Source of the DNA: Bacteroidales bacterium
GTDB lineage: Bacteria > Bacteroidota > Bacteroidia > Bacteroidales > Marinilabiliaceae
Reading direction: 5' to 3'
Length of the DNA: 64,000 nucleotides
Assembly (NCBI GenBank): GCA_024401335.1
Contig: JAKSLH010000004.1
Span: 37,122 to 101,121, forward strand
Below are positions 41,470-51,682 of this stretch, in pieces. A program made the translations under genes and the position numbers. Position 1 is the stretch's first letter, and each line of letters starts with the position of its first letter. The notes beneath the pieces were generated by a model. The model ran no database searches. It saw only the letters and a list, made by a program, of their open reading frames with translations, and had not been told where the DNA came from.

Positions 41470-44400
41470 TTGATGAAAAAAAGACTAACAGCCATAATAA
41501 TGGCTGCAACTGCCATTGGCGTATCAGCACAACGGTCAAGAGTTCACGAGACTGCACAGACTGAATATAACGCCGCAATGCAACTCTACGATGCAGAAAT
41601 GTGGGGGGCATCTCGTTCCGCATTTGCACAATTCATTGAGAATTGGAATCAGACAGATTTCATCCTATCTACCGACGCCAAGTATTTCCATGCCGTATCT
41701 GCCAAGCGCCTAAACAATAACGACGCGCCTGGCTTAATGACACAGTTCATTCGCGAATGCAAACAAAGCATTCGCCGACATGACATGTACTATCACCTCG
41801 GAGACTATTACCTTATCAACGAGAGTGAAAGACAGGCCCTCAAATGGTTTGAAAAAGCTGACTATAAGAAGGTCGACCCAGAACACAGAAATGACCTTCT
41901 TTTTAAAACAGGCTATTGCTATTTTGTAACCGGCAAACGAAACAAGGCATTATCATATTTTGACAGACTCAAAGGCACCTCACAGTACGAAAGCGCCGTT
42001 AAATACTATAAAGCTCACGTAGATTACGAAAACGGGAGTCTCAACGAGGCTCTTAAGACTTTCCTGGAACTTGAGAAGGATGCAGGGTTCAGTAATGTTG
42101 CACCATACTACATAGCTCACATCTTCTACCTCCAAGGACATTACACTGAAGCCATTCGCTACGCAGAGCCACTGACACAGACAAAGGGCAAGAAGGCCAT
42201 AGAGATGGTCAGAATAGTAGCAGACGGCCACTTCATGATAGAAGAATACCAGAAGGCTGCAACTAACTACGAGAGACTACAGAGCCTGACAAAGAATATG
42301 AACCGTGCCGACTACTACCATACAGGCATGTGCTATTATCATTTGGGTAAATACAACGAGGCTTCAAATGCTCTGTCGAAGGTCACTGGCGAGAAAGATG
42401 AATTGTCACAAAACGCATACTATCATCTTGCAGGATGCTATCTCCAGGCTAACGACAAGAAAAGAGCACGAACAGCTTTCGAGGCCGCATCTAAGTATGA
42501 CTTCGACAAAGCCATCAAGGAAGATGCACATTTCAACAAACTCAAACTAGCCTACGAACTCAACTTCACAGGATTCAACGAAATAGTAAGCGACTTCATT
42601 GAATTTGTCGATACATATCCTAAGAGCGACAAGGTTGACGAGGCATACGACTATATAAGCAAGGCATTGGTTACCACAAAGAACTACAAGCAAGCCTTGG
42701 CTACAATGGAAAAGATTCAGCACAAAAACCTGAAGATATACACGGCTATGCAACGCCTCTCATTCTACCGAGGCCTCGAGTTATACACAAACTTGAACTT
42801 CAACGAAGCGACTGAGTTCTTTGACTATAGCCTGCAATACGGAGACTACGACAAGAAACTAAAAGCACGCGCATATTACTGGAAGGGCGAATGTCTGTAC
42901 AGAACAAACAATCAGTATGCTGCCGCTGAACAGCAGTACATGAACTTCATTAACGCTTATAGTTCATCTGAGCTTGACGAATTCACTACAGCTCACTACA
43001 ACATTGCCTACACTCACTTTAACAGAAGGAAATATGCAGAGGCACGTAAGTGGTTCTTGAAATATGTAGGTCTATACAACACTGTTGACAAACGTCTGAT
43101 TTCCGACGCATACAACCGTTTGGGTGACTGCATGTATGTTCAGAGAGACTACAAACCTGCCATAGAATACTACGACTTAGCGTTGAAGACATCTTCACAA
43201 GTCGGAGACTATGCGATGTTGCAAAAAGGTATCTGCCTCGGCCTTACAAAAGACAACAAGGGAAAGATAACCCAGCTCAAGACTCTTATACAGCAATATC
43301 CTAAATCACAATATTGCGCTAATGCATATTATGAAATTGCAAGAGCACATGTAGCAATGGACGAGATTAAGGACGCTATCTACAACTACAAAGTGGTTAA
43401 AGAGAAGTACCCTAAGGGATCATTAGCAGCCAAAGCAATGGTTCAGCTCGGATTGCTATACTACAACGCATCAGAATACGACAATTCAATGGCGTTCTAC
43501 AAGAGAGTTATCAACGAATACCCATCTACATCTGATGCAAGTGATGCTTTAGCAGGACTCAGAAATGTGTATATGGAGCTTGGTGATTTCGATGGTTATC
43601 TGGCGTACACAAACACATTGGGCAGTTTTGCAAAGCTTGAGCTTCACGAGCAAGATTCATTGATGTTTACTAGTGCTGCAAGGATATATCTCAAAGGTGA
43701 CATGGAGAATGCCAAACCTGCACTCCAAAAATATCTGAACAAATTTGGAGATGGACGTTTCGTAATGGGTGCAAACTTCTATCTGGGCGAATGCTACTAT
43801 AGCGAAGGTAACAATGAGCAAGCGTTGACATCGTATGAATATGTGGCAGAACAAGCGCGAAACATATTCACAGAAGACGCTCTCCTGAGAACAGGCGAAC
43901 TATATTACAAAGCTGACAACTACGAAAAAGCATTTGCTTCATTCCAGAGACTGGAAAACGAGGCAGAGGTTGAAACGAATAAGGTTGAAGCTATAATTGG
44001 ACAGATGAGATGTCTTGAAAAAGCAGGTGACGCAGCATCATGTGTAGCTAGTGCCGACAAGGTTATCGACATGCCTCAGGCATCACCAGAAATAATGCGC
44101 GAAGCTAAATACCTGAAAGTAAAATCGCTCATCACCCTTCATAGGACAACAGAAGCGATACCAACACTTCGTGAATTATCTGAGAACACAAAGAGTGCAG
44201 AAGGTGCTGAGGCTAAATATCTTATTGCACAAGCATTCTTTGATCAGAACGATATCGAAAATGCAGAAAAAGAGGTGTTTGATTATGTAGAGCAAGGAAC
44301 GCCACATCAATACTGGCTTGCTAGAAGCTTTATTCTTCTTGCCGATATATATCATCAGAAGGAAGATGACTTCCAGGCTCGTCAATACCTCGAGAGCCTA

Positions 44401-44493
44401 AGTGAAAGCTACTCTGCAGACGACGATATATCAGACATGATTTCTCAACGTCTTTCTGCGTGGAAGGTGAACACTGCTACCCTACCTGATTAA
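41470..44493 (+). CDS. large TPR-repeat protein (YbgF/CpoB-like repeats), secreted
   Basis: 1007 aa with a signal peptide (no lipobox Cys). TPR-like A/Y/L periodicity throughout (..AYYWKGECLY.., ..ANAYYEIARAH.., ..ANFYLGECYY..). Confidence 0.7.
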   Translation: MMKKRLTAIIMAATAIGVSAQRSRVHETAQTEYNAAMQLYDAEMWGASRSAFAQFIENWNQTDFILSTDAKYFHAVSAKRLNNNDAPGLMTQFIRECKQSIRRHDMYYHLGDYYLINESERQALKWFEKADYKKVDPEHRNDLLFKTGYCYFVTGKRNKALSYFDRLKGTSQYESAVKYYKAHVDYENGSLNEALKTFLELEKDAGFSNVAPYYIAHIFYLQGHYTEAIRYAEPLTQTKGKKAIEMVRIVADGHFMIEEYQKAATNYERLQSLTKNMNRADYYHTGMCYYHLGKYNEASNALSKVTGEKDELSQNAYYHLAGCYLQANDKKRARTAFEAASKYDFDKAIKEDAHFNKLKLAYELNFTGFNEIVSDFIEFVDTYPKSDKVDEAYDYISKALVTTKNYKQALATMEKIQHKNLKIYTAMQRLSFYRGLELYTNLNFNEATEFFDYSLQYGDYDKKLKARAYYWKGECLYRTNNQYAAAEQQYMNFINAYSSSELDEFTTAHYNIAYTHFNRRKYAEARKWFLKYVGLYNTVDKRLISDAYNRLGDCMYVQRDYKPAIEYYDLALKTSSQVGDYAMLQKGICLGLTKDNKGKITQLKTLIQQYPKSQYCANAYYEIARAHVAMDEIKDAIYNYKVVKEKYPKGSLAAKAMVQLGLLYYNASEYDNSMAFYKRVINEYPSTSDASDALAGLRNVYMELGDFDGYLAYTNTLGSFAKLELHEQDSLMFTSAARIYLKGDMENAKPALQKYLNKFGDGRFVMGANFYLGECYYSEGNNEQALTSYEYVAEQARNIFTEDALLRTGELYYKADNYEKAFASFQRLENEAEVETNKVEAIIGQMRCLEKAGDAASCVASADKVIDMPQASPEIMREAKYLKVKSLITLHRTTEAIPTLRELSENTKSAEGAEAKYLIAQAFFDQNDIENAEKEVFDYVEQGTPHQYWLARSFILLADIYHQKEDDFQARQYLESLSESYSADDDISDMISQRLSAWKVNTATLPD

Positions 44494-44504
44494 ACGACAT
44501 TACA

Positions 44505-46325
44505 ATGATGAAAAGTATTATATATTCAATCCTGATTTGTGCTTTCCCTGTTTTGGTTCATGCACAACAAGACACAATAGCCAACAAGATAGAGAGAGAT
44601 GTCGAGGTGGTAAACAATTACCTGCCTACTATCTCTAATCCATATAAGCTACAAGTCGATCCTGTAATCGATGACACCATGTCGTACAAAGCGACATTTA
44701 AGTATGAGGTTCTTAATAAAGTTGAGACTGTCAAGACGAAGCCAGACAGCCTCCAGGTCGCTACCATGGACTTCAAACCAGAACAAATGCCATATAACGC
44801 ATGGGTAAAAGGTGGTGTCGGCAACTATGGCTCATTCATAGGTCAGCTTGTCTATAACATAGGAACTAACGAGAAATATCACCTTAATGTCGATTTAGGC
44901 AACAGCTCTGCACTAGGAAAGGTCAAGCTTCACGAAACAGACAAAAAGGTTAAAGCTCCTACAACAAACACCTGGATAAGCACAAACTATGCTAAGTTCT
45001 ATAACAAAATAGCGTTAGATGCTGACTTGAAGTTTTTAAACTACACTTATAAACACTACGGGTTTCAGAGCATCGACACGACACTCAATTATTTTAATTC
45101 TACAAACGACATTGTAAACGGCGAGTCGTTGGCAACCGACATCAAGCAAAGACAAACATCATTTGACATTCAGCTTGGATTCAACAATCGACTTGTTGAC
45201 CCACGTGACAAGTTTTCTTTCGGTGCAAGAGCCGGATTCGGATATTTCGGGAACAAAACAGGAGTAACAGAGAGAGACATACATTTCAACGGATACTTAA
45301 GATTCCCAATCAAGACAAATTATCTGTTTGACATCATAGCCAAGGTCAACAATTCAAAGATAAATGTAGATGATGACTATGAGGGGTCTATATACTCTTC
45401 TTCACCTAATGGGCTTAGCACGAGAAAGCATACAGACATCACACTTACGCCACATTTTGGCATAGACTTCGATCACATATCACTACGTGCAGGATTGAAT
45501 TTCGTTCTTGACTTTGGTGGAGCAGAAGACAACTTCTATTATCAACCAGATATTTACGCAGACTTTAATGTATCTGATGGAGCTGCATCGCTATACTTAG
45601 GTTTGACCGGTGGATATAGAGCTAACACTTTTAGAGAAGTGGCTAAAATCAACCCTTGGGTTTCTTCTGATTCATATGACCGAGCATGGGTACAGGAAAC
45701 CGGTCAATACGATGAGATACAGACAACTCAGACTCCAATAAAGCTGACTGCAGGCGTAAGAGCTAAGATTGCGCATGTTGTTGCATTTGATATTGCAGCA
45801 GAATACGAATCATTTGATGATGAAGTCTTCTTTGTAAACAAAAAGTTCTTGAAAGCCGACACAACAACGACAAAGTCATATTCATACACTAACATGTTTG
45901 AAGTGATAAACGAAAACGGTAAAGTGGGCAGAATAAAAGGAGAACTGAGCATAACACCAACTGCGAAGACTCAAGTAATACTAAAAGGTACATACTACAA
46001 GTGGAAACTTAACTACTTGGAAGAGCCTTGGTACAAACCAAACTATGAAGCAGGAGTTGATGTTCGCTTCTTCTGGAATGACAAACTGCTCATCAAAGCA
46101 GGAGTAAACTCTGTAGGAGCAAGATATGCATATAATCCAGAGAAGAACAGCAAAGAAAAACTCGACATGATACTAGACATCAACATGGGAGCTGAATATA
46201 GAATCAATAGCCGATGGACTGCATTTCTCGATTGTAACAACCTAGCTGCTCAAGATTACAGAAAATGGCTGGGATACTCTTCTCATAGAGTAAATGTTCT
46301 GGGTGGCATAACATTCAAGTTCTAA
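44505..46325 (+). CDS. predicted outer membrane beta-barrel protein of unknown function
   Basis: 606 aa with a signal peptide. Alternating beta-strand pattern and a C-terminal ...VLGGITFKF aromatic terminus. Lies 11 bp after the TPR gene. Confidence 0.6.
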   Translation: MMKSIIYSILICAFPVLVHAQQDTIANKIERDVEVVNNYLPTISNPYKLQVDPVIDDTMSYKATFKYEVLNKVETVKTKPDSLQVATMDFKPEQMPYNAWVKGGVGNYGSFIGQLVYNIGTNEKYHLNVDLGNSSALGKVKLHETDKKVKAPTTNTWISTNYAKFYNKIALDADLKFLNYTYKHYGFQSIDTTLNYFNSTNDIVNGESLATDIKQRQTSFDIQLGFNNRLVDPRDKFSFGARAGFGYFGNKTGVTERDIHFNGYLRFPIKTNYLFDIIAKVNNSKINVDDDYEGSIYSSSPNGLSTRKHTDITLTPHFGIDFDHISLRAGLNFVLDFGGAEDNFYYQPDIYADFNVSDGAASLYLGLTGGYRANTFREVAKINPWVSSDSYDRAWVQETGQYDEIQTTQTPIKLTAGVRAKIAHVVAFDIAAEYESFDDEVFFVNKKFLKADTTTTKSYSYTNMFEVINENGKVGRIKGELSITPTAKTQVILKGTYYKWKLNYLEEPWYKPNYEAGVDVRFFWNDKLLIKAGVNSVGARYAYNPEKNSKEKLDMILDINMGAEYRINSRWTAFLDCNNLAAQDYRKWLGYSSHRVNVLGGITFKF

Positions 46326-46340
46326 AACATCAATCATAAC

Positions 46341-46378
46341 AAAAGAAAAGGCGACAGACCAAGTCTATCGCCTTTTTC
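46341..46378. terminator. bidirectional terminator between convergent beta-barrel gene and aroC
   Basis: 12-bp stem with one mismatch, AAGGCGACAGAC / GTCTATCGCCTT. Flanked by an A-run upstream and a T-run downstream. Confidence 0.7.
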
Positions 46379-46404
46379 ATTTATAGTAATTGTCTAGTTA
46401 TATA

Positions 46405-47490
46405 TCAACCTCTAACAGTCTTATTCATTAATAAAGCATCGGCAATCACCATGGCAGCCATAGCTTCGACGATAGGCACAGCGCGAGGAACGACACAAGG
46501 ATCGTGACGACCTTTAACTGTTGTCTTCACCTCCTGATGAAGAGAGTTTACAGTGTCCTGCTCCATAAGGATAGTAGCAGTAGGTTTGAAGGCCACATTG
46601 AAATAGATATCTTCGCCATTAGATACGCCGCCCTGAATGCCACCACTGTTATTGGTTCGTGTGCGAACTTTATCGCCATCCATATAAAACAGGTCATTAT
46701 GCTGTGAGCCTCTCATCGCAGAACCACTAAAACCAGATCCATACTCAAAGCCTTTAACAGCATTAATCGACAACATTGCATGAGCAAGAAGTGCCTGCAA
46801 CTTATCAAAGCAAGGCTCACCCAAACCGACAGGTACGCCCGTTATAACACATGTGATGACTCCTCCTATTGAATCTTTCTCCATTCTAGCCTTATCAATC
46901 TCTTCTATCATCTTTTCAGCAAGAGACTGATCAGGACAACGGACTATATTTTCTTCAGCAGAATCAATGTTCAATTGAGAATACGGAGTGTCCAACACAA
47001 TGGATCCCACCTGTTTAGTATAAGCCTTAACAGAAATCCCATATTGACGCAGCAAGATCTTTGCAACAGCTCCTCCTACTACACGAGATATCGTTTCTCG
47101 AGCTGACGTACGGCCGCCACCTCGATGATCTCTAATGCCATATTTCTCGTGAAAAGTATAATCGGCATGAGAAGGACGGAACGTATCCACAATATTGTCA
47201 TAATCAGAAGAGTGCTGATTCTCATTCTCAACCATGAAACCTATTGGTGTACCTGTTGTCTTACCGTTAAACACACCGCTCAAAAGTTGAACACGATCCT
47301 TCTCATCACGCGGAGTAGTGATTTTCGACTGACCAGGACGTCGACGATTGAGCTCTGACTGAATATACTCAACATCAATATCTAATCCAGGTACCATTCC
47401 ATCAATAACACCACCAACTGCTTGGCCATGTGACTCACCAAATGTGGTTAGTCGGAATATATTGCCAAATGAACTTCTCACTTTAAACAA
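46405..47490 (-). CDS. aroC: chorismate synthase
   Basis: 361 aa with canonical blocks (FGESHG, GRSSARET-like [17 protein letters not shown]-like [18 protein letters not shown]). Confidence 0.92.
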   Translation of the reverse strand: MFKVRSSFGNIFRLTTFGESHGQAVGGVIDGMVPGLDIDVEYIQSELNRRRPGQSKITTPRDEKDRVQLLSGVFNGKTTGTPIGFMVENENQHSSDYDNIVDTFRPSHADYTFHEKYGIRDHRGGGRTSARETISRVVGGAVAKILLRQYGISVKAYTKQVGSIVLDTPYSQLNIDSAEENIVRCPDQSLAEKMIEEIDKARMEKDSIGGVITCVITGVPVGLGEPCFDKLQALLAHAMLSINAVKGFEYGSGFSGSAMRGSQHNDLFYMDGDKVRTRTNNSGGIQGGVSNGEDIYFNVAFKPTATILMEQDTVNSLHQEVKTTVKGRHDPCVVPRAVPIVEAMAAMVIADALLMNKTVRG

Positions 47491-47505
47491 AATTTATTAG
47501 AAAAA

Positions 47506-48093
47506 CTAGTGACAACAACCATCTTCACCACAGCCACCACCGCAGCCGCAATCGCCATGGTTTTCGCCGCTACCGCAACCGCCGCCACAACTGCCACAGC
47601 CGCCACCGCAACGATGTTGAGGATGCAATTCTTCTTCTGTAGCTTCGCGAACCTCAATAATTTCACCAGCAAAATACAGATCCTCACCGGCTAATGGATG
47701 ATTGAAATCCATCTTAACGACCTCATCAGTCACTTCAGAAACGATGCCATCGATACGCTGTCCCTGATCATTCATCATAGGAACTCGACCACCAACCTTA
47801 AGAAGATCTTCTCTCAGCTGACCATCAACGATAAAAACACTCTTAGGTATATCTACTACCGAATCCTTATCATACTCGCCGTATGCATCCTTTGCTACAA
47901 TGGTAAATTCAAACTTATCACCTGATGTCAAACCAGCAATATGGTTTTCAAACAAAGGAAGCATCATACGCATTCCAAAAACAAATCTAAGAGGTCTATC
48001 ACTTGTCACCTTCTCAACAAGAGGACCATTTGCCGAACCTTCTGTTCTCAATTCGTATGTAAGAACGACAAAAGCGTTTTTCTGTATATTCAT
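47506..48093 (-). CDS. slyD: SlyD-type FKBP peptidyl-prolyl isomerase with Cys/Gly/His-rich C-terminal tail
   Basis: MNIQKNAFVVLTYELR... FKBP + IF-domain pattern (DFNHPLAGEDLYFAGEIIEVREAT). Tail is HPQHRCGGGCGSCGGGCGSGENHGDCGCGGGCGEDGCCH. The ATG at 48093 is preferred over the extended 48204 start. Confidence 0.8.
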   Translation of the reverse strand: MNIQKNAFVVLTYELRTEGSANGPLVEKVTSDRPLRFVFGMRMMLPLFENHIAGLTSGDKFEFTIVAKDAYGEYDKDSVVDIPKSVFIVDGQLREDLLKVGGRVPMMNDQGQRIDGIVSEVTDEVVKMDFNHPLAGEDLYFAGEIIEVREATEEELHPQHRCGGGCGSCGGGCGSGENHGDCGCGGGCGEDGCCH

Positions 48094-48274
48094 CGTTATA
48101 AAAATTCTGTTTGACGCAAAAATAACTAAAATAAATAAATCATGCCTAATAGATAAAATATAAAAGGAACAAAAATAGATTAGGCTCGTAGAAAAAGGTG
48201 ACAAAAAGAGCGTGATTTAGTTTTTTTGACTAAATTCGCAATGTTAAACATGTTAAAAACTAACTAACAATATA

Positions 48275-49696
48275 ATGGGATTTTTCAGTTTTCTATTTGG
48301 TGGCAAATATCCATCTACCAAGAAATATGAGGCTCAGCTTGATCAAAACGTTGCTGATTTCGAAAGATTCAAACAGATTGCTAAATCTGCAGAATATGCA
48401 CGTTACATCGAACTAAACAACTTAACCAATTCTATAGATTTCAAAAACAAGGTTAATAAGCTGAAGACTGAGAAATTCAGTGACACCGAACCATATAAGA
48501 AAGAGCAGGAATATAAAAAGCTTAAAGATTCCGACGACATCAAGAAATACTGCAAATTCAAGGACAAGCAGCTTGATCAGCGATTGGCATTAGCAAAACA
48601 AAGTAGCGACTACAACCGTTTTGTAGAATTGAGCCAGGTCGTAAGCACATCTGAATTCAAGGCTCTGACTGCACAAAGAGACTTCAAGAAGACTCCTGAA
48701 TACCAAACCCTCAATGAGTATAAGAAGCTTGCCAAATCTAGCGCTGTTAAGTTTATAAACAAGACAGAAGCTTCTGATGCCTACAAAAACTTTGTAAGAA
48801 CTGAAGGCAGCGACAAACTCAAAAAGTTCAAGGAACTTGAAGAGTACGTAAACTCACAGGAATTCAAATCATTCAAGGCTGAAATAGAAGACTCTAAGCG
48901 CTTCAAGAAGAGTGAGGAATCAAAGATTCTGAACGAATATGAAGCATTGGCCAAGAGCAAGGACATCACTTGGTTCATCAAAAACGAAAAGTCAAATGCC
49001 TTTGCTTCAATAGCAAAGAGAAAGCTGATCTTTGAAGACAACTTCGTAAGTTTCGACAAGGCTAAATGGGAAATAGGCAGCTATGCCGGCAACGCTTTCG
49101 CTGCAGGAACCATTTATTCACAGATGAACGAAAGACAGATCACTAATTCTAAGAATATTGAAGTAAGCGCTTCTGAACTGAGCATCATAACTCGTAAAGA
49201 AACTGCTACAGGAAAGAGATGGAACCCTGCCCTAGGTTTTGTAAACAGTGAATTCGAATTCACTTCTTCACTCATCAACACTGGCAACTCGTTCCGTCAA
49301 CTTTATGGTCAATTCGACTTTAAGGTCAAGATGAGCAAGAGCTCTCCTGTTGTACACACTATCTGGATGCAGTCAGAAAAGAACACTCCTATAATTAATG
49401 TTGCTAGCTTAGGCTCTGACAAGAAAAAAATCATAGTAGGTTCAGCTAACGGCGATAAAGTCAAGAAAGTTTCCGTTGACGGAGCTGATTTCAGCGAATA
49501 TCAAATCATAACACTGTTATGGACACCAGAAAAACTTTCATGGAGCATCAATGGTGTCGAGGTGTTTAGCCAAAAAGACAATGTTCCACAGACTCCTATG
49601 TATATCAACATCGGTAGCAGCATAACAAACGACGGAGATGTAAACGGAGCGATAATGACACTTGACTGGATTCGCGTTTACGAGATCAATAAGTAA
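48275..49696 (+). CDS. leaderless protein: three ~60-aa K/E/F-rich helical repeats + C-terminal ConA/GH16-like beta-sandwich
   Basis: 473 aa with no signal peptide. Repeats share S.EY.RF.EL...V.S.EFK and ..EYKKLAKS. The C-terminal ~220 aa resembles the GH16/LamG fold (..LLWTPEKLSWSINGVEV...LDWIRVYE), but the ExDxxE site reads IINVAS. Confidence 0.55.
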   Translation: MGFFSFLFGGKYPSTKKYEAQLDQNVADFERFKQIAKSAEYARYIELNNLTNSIDFKNKVNKLKTEKFSDTEPYKKEQEYKKLKDSDDIKKYCKFKDKQLDQRLALAKQSSDYNRFVELSQVVSTSEFKALTAQRDFKKTPEYQTLNEYKKLAKSSAVKFINKTEASDAYKNFVRTEGSDKLKKFKELEEYVNSQEFKSFKAEIEDSKRFKKSEESKILNEYEALAKSKDITWFIKNEKSNAFASIAKRKLIFEDNFVSFDKAKWEIGSYAGNAFAAGTIYSQMNERQITNSKNIEVSASELSIITRKETATGKRWNPALGFVNSEFEFTSSLINTGNSFRQLYGQFDFKVKMSKSSPVVHTIWMQSEKNTPIINVASLGSDKKKIIVGSANGDKVKKVSVDGADFSEYQIITLLWTPEKLSWSINGVEVFSQKDNVPQTPMYINIGSSITNDGDVNGAIMTLDWIRVYEINK

Positions 49697-49720
49697 GATT
49701 TTTAGAATCATATATATCAC

Positions 49721-49750
49721 AAGCTGTGCTCAAAAGGCACAGCTTTTTTT
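49721..49750 (+). terminator. intrinsic terminator upstream of the MCP unit
   Basis: Stem AAGCTGTGC / GCACAGCTT followed by a T7 run. Confidence 0.8.
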
Positions 49751-49779
49751 ATGCATATAACAAAAAAACATGTCACATC

Positions 49780-49811
49780 CTTGTTTTTTTTATTTCAGTT
49801 GACTACATTTG
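49780..49811 (+). promoter_or_regulatory. candidate promoter (cTTG-N20-TAcaTTTG) for MCP-pbpC-A2M unit
   Basis: TACATTTG at 49804-49811 and CTTG at 49780-49783. This places the TTG ORF start at 49809 inside the promoter. Confidence 0.45.
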
Positions 49812-49850
49812 AGTATCAAAACAAGATTTGAAAATCCACAAAATTCTGAT

Positions 49851-51680
49851 ATGGGAAACACAAATGCTAACGAAAGCAGCAACCGCATTTCGGTAAAAAT
49901 GTCTTTGAGGAAGAAACTCCTACTATCAACACTACCACTTGTCGGACTAACTCTCATCGCAATGATGGCGGTCAACTATTACCAGGCTGTAAGCTCTAAC
50001 ACCAAAACAACAGAGCAATATGTAGCCGAGATAGCCGACAAATCTGCAATCAGCATCTCTCAAAAACTTGACCAAATAAAGACACAGCTAGAATGGATTG
50101 CAGAACGCAACGATGTCAAAAGCATGAATTGGAGTGCAATGGAAGAGTATATCAACATACGTGCTTTCAATGACAGGAACACATACAGCATGCTTTTTGT
50201 TATAGAACCAGACGGCTCATACTATATCGCTGGCAAAGGCAAATCCGACCACAACTTGAGCGAACGTGCTTATGTAAAAGATATTTTCGAACTGGACAAG
50301 TCGTTTTCAATGACTAATCCTGACTTCTCGAAATCTACTAACGAGATGAAATACACATTGGCTGTGCCAATCAACCGAGAAGGCATCATCGTTGGTATAT
50401 TAGCTGCCAACGTCAGCCTTAACGCTTTGTGCGACATAACTAATAGCATAAAGATCGGTGAAAATGGATATGTATTTGCAATCGATGGAGCAACCAACAT
50501 TATAGCACATCAGAACAAGGACTTCCTGCTTAACTTCAACCTACTTGATAGCACATTGACTGACTATAAGGGTCTTAACATAGCAGCAAGAAGAATAATG
50601 ACTGGCGAACGCATAAAGGAATATGTAGAAAAACCAGATGGCGATGATTACCTGATAATGAACTTTCCTATCGATGGCACGCCAAACTGGAAAATGATTG
50701 CAGCCATCCCTAAAAGCGACATAACAGCGGGCGCAAACCAAATGTTTGCCGGCATGATGGTGTTCTTTATAATATTATGTATAATCATAGTATCAGTAAT
50801 AAGCATCAGCATCAACAAACTGATTTCAAAGCCTATTCGCAAATTCTACTTTACAATCAACGAAATTGCCAACGGATTCTTCCATCAGACATTTGATTAT
50901 AAAGCTGACGACGAAATAGGAGAGATGAGCACCAAGCTACAAGAAATGTGTACAAAGCTTATTGAAATTGCAGAAGCTGTCAAAACAGGAGCAAACACAT
51001 TGGCTGTCGAAAGCGAACAGGTTCATTCTACGTCGCAGATGCTATCTAACGGCTCTAACGAACAGGCCGCAAGTATCGAAGAACTATCGGCAACAATGGA
51101 GGAAATGGCTGGAAACATATCTCAAAACACACACAACGCAGAAATGACAAACAGTGTGTCTAACGAGGCCTTCCAGAAATTCAACGAAGTTGTAAGAGAC
51201 CTTCAAAATGTCTTCAACTCCAATAGAGACATAGCAGAGAGAATAATGGTAATCAACGATATTGCTCAAGAGACCAACATCTTGGCGCTTAACGCTTCTG
51301 TTGAGGCTGCACGTGCAGGAGAATATGGGAAAGGCTTCTCTATAGTAGCCAACGAGGTACGAAAGCTCGCTGAAAACAGTAAAATCGCTGCCGACCAGAT
51401 TATCGAATTGTCAACTTCTGGTCTTAAGGTTTCTGAACTTGCTAATATCGTAATGAATGAGACCTTACCTAAAATACAAAGCACAAACTCTCTTGTCAGC
51501 GAAATAGTTGCTGCAAGCGTTGAGCAAAATGTTGGAGCCGGGCAAATCAACATTGCGATTCAGAAGCTTAATAATGTGGTGAGGTCAAACGCATCATCAA
51601 GTGAAGAACTTGCTGCTAGCGCAGAAGAGCTTGCCGAACAAGCACAAAGACTGAAAGAGACAGTAGAATTCTTCAAATAA
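49851..51680 (+). CDS. methyl-accepting chemotaxis protein-type transducer (TM - dCache-like sensor - TM - HAMP - MCP signalling domain)
   Basis: Canonical MCP hairpin tip ([44 protein letters not shown]) and a HAMP after TM2. The ~270-aa periplasmic domain has a Cache pattern ([10 protein letters not shown]...[19 protein letters not shown]). The start may instead be the ATG at 49899 (MSLRKKLLL...). Confidence 0.85.
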   Translation: MGNTNANESSNRISVKMSLRKKLLLSTLPLVGLTLIAMMAVNYYQAVSSNTKTTEQYVAEIADKSAISISQKLDQIKTQLEWIAERNDVKSMNWSAMEEYINIRAFNDRNTYSMLFVIEPDGSYYIAGKGKSDHNLSERAYVKDIFELDKSFSMTNPDFSKSTNEMKYTLAVPINREGIIVGILAANVSLNALCDITNSIKIGENGYVFAIDGATNIIAHQNKDFLLNFNLLDSTLTDYKGLNIAARRIMTGERIKEYVEKPDGDDYLIMNFPIDGTPNWKMIAAIPKSDITAGANQMFAGMMVFFIILCIIIVSVISISINKLISKPIRKFYFTINEIANGFFHQTFDYKADDEIGEMSTKLQEMCTKLIEIAEAVKTGANTLAVESEQVHSTSQMLSNGSNEQAASIEELSATMEEMAGNISQNTHNAEMTNSVSNEAFQKFNEVVRDLQNVFNSNRDIAERIMVINDIAQETNILALNASVEAARAGEYGKGFSIVANEVRKLAENSKIAADQIIELSTSGLKVSELANIVMNETLPKIQSTNSLVSEIVAASVEQNVGAGQINIAIQKLNNVVRSNASSSEELAASAEELAEQAQRLKETVEFFK

Positions 51681-51682
51681 AA

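Noticed and set aside
47478-47694. ORFs encoding A/V/T-repeat peptides (47478-47687 minus strand, 47509-47694 plus strand)
   Set aside because: These are alternative-frame or antisense readings of the GC-rich Cys/Gly tail of slyD. There is no independent support for them.
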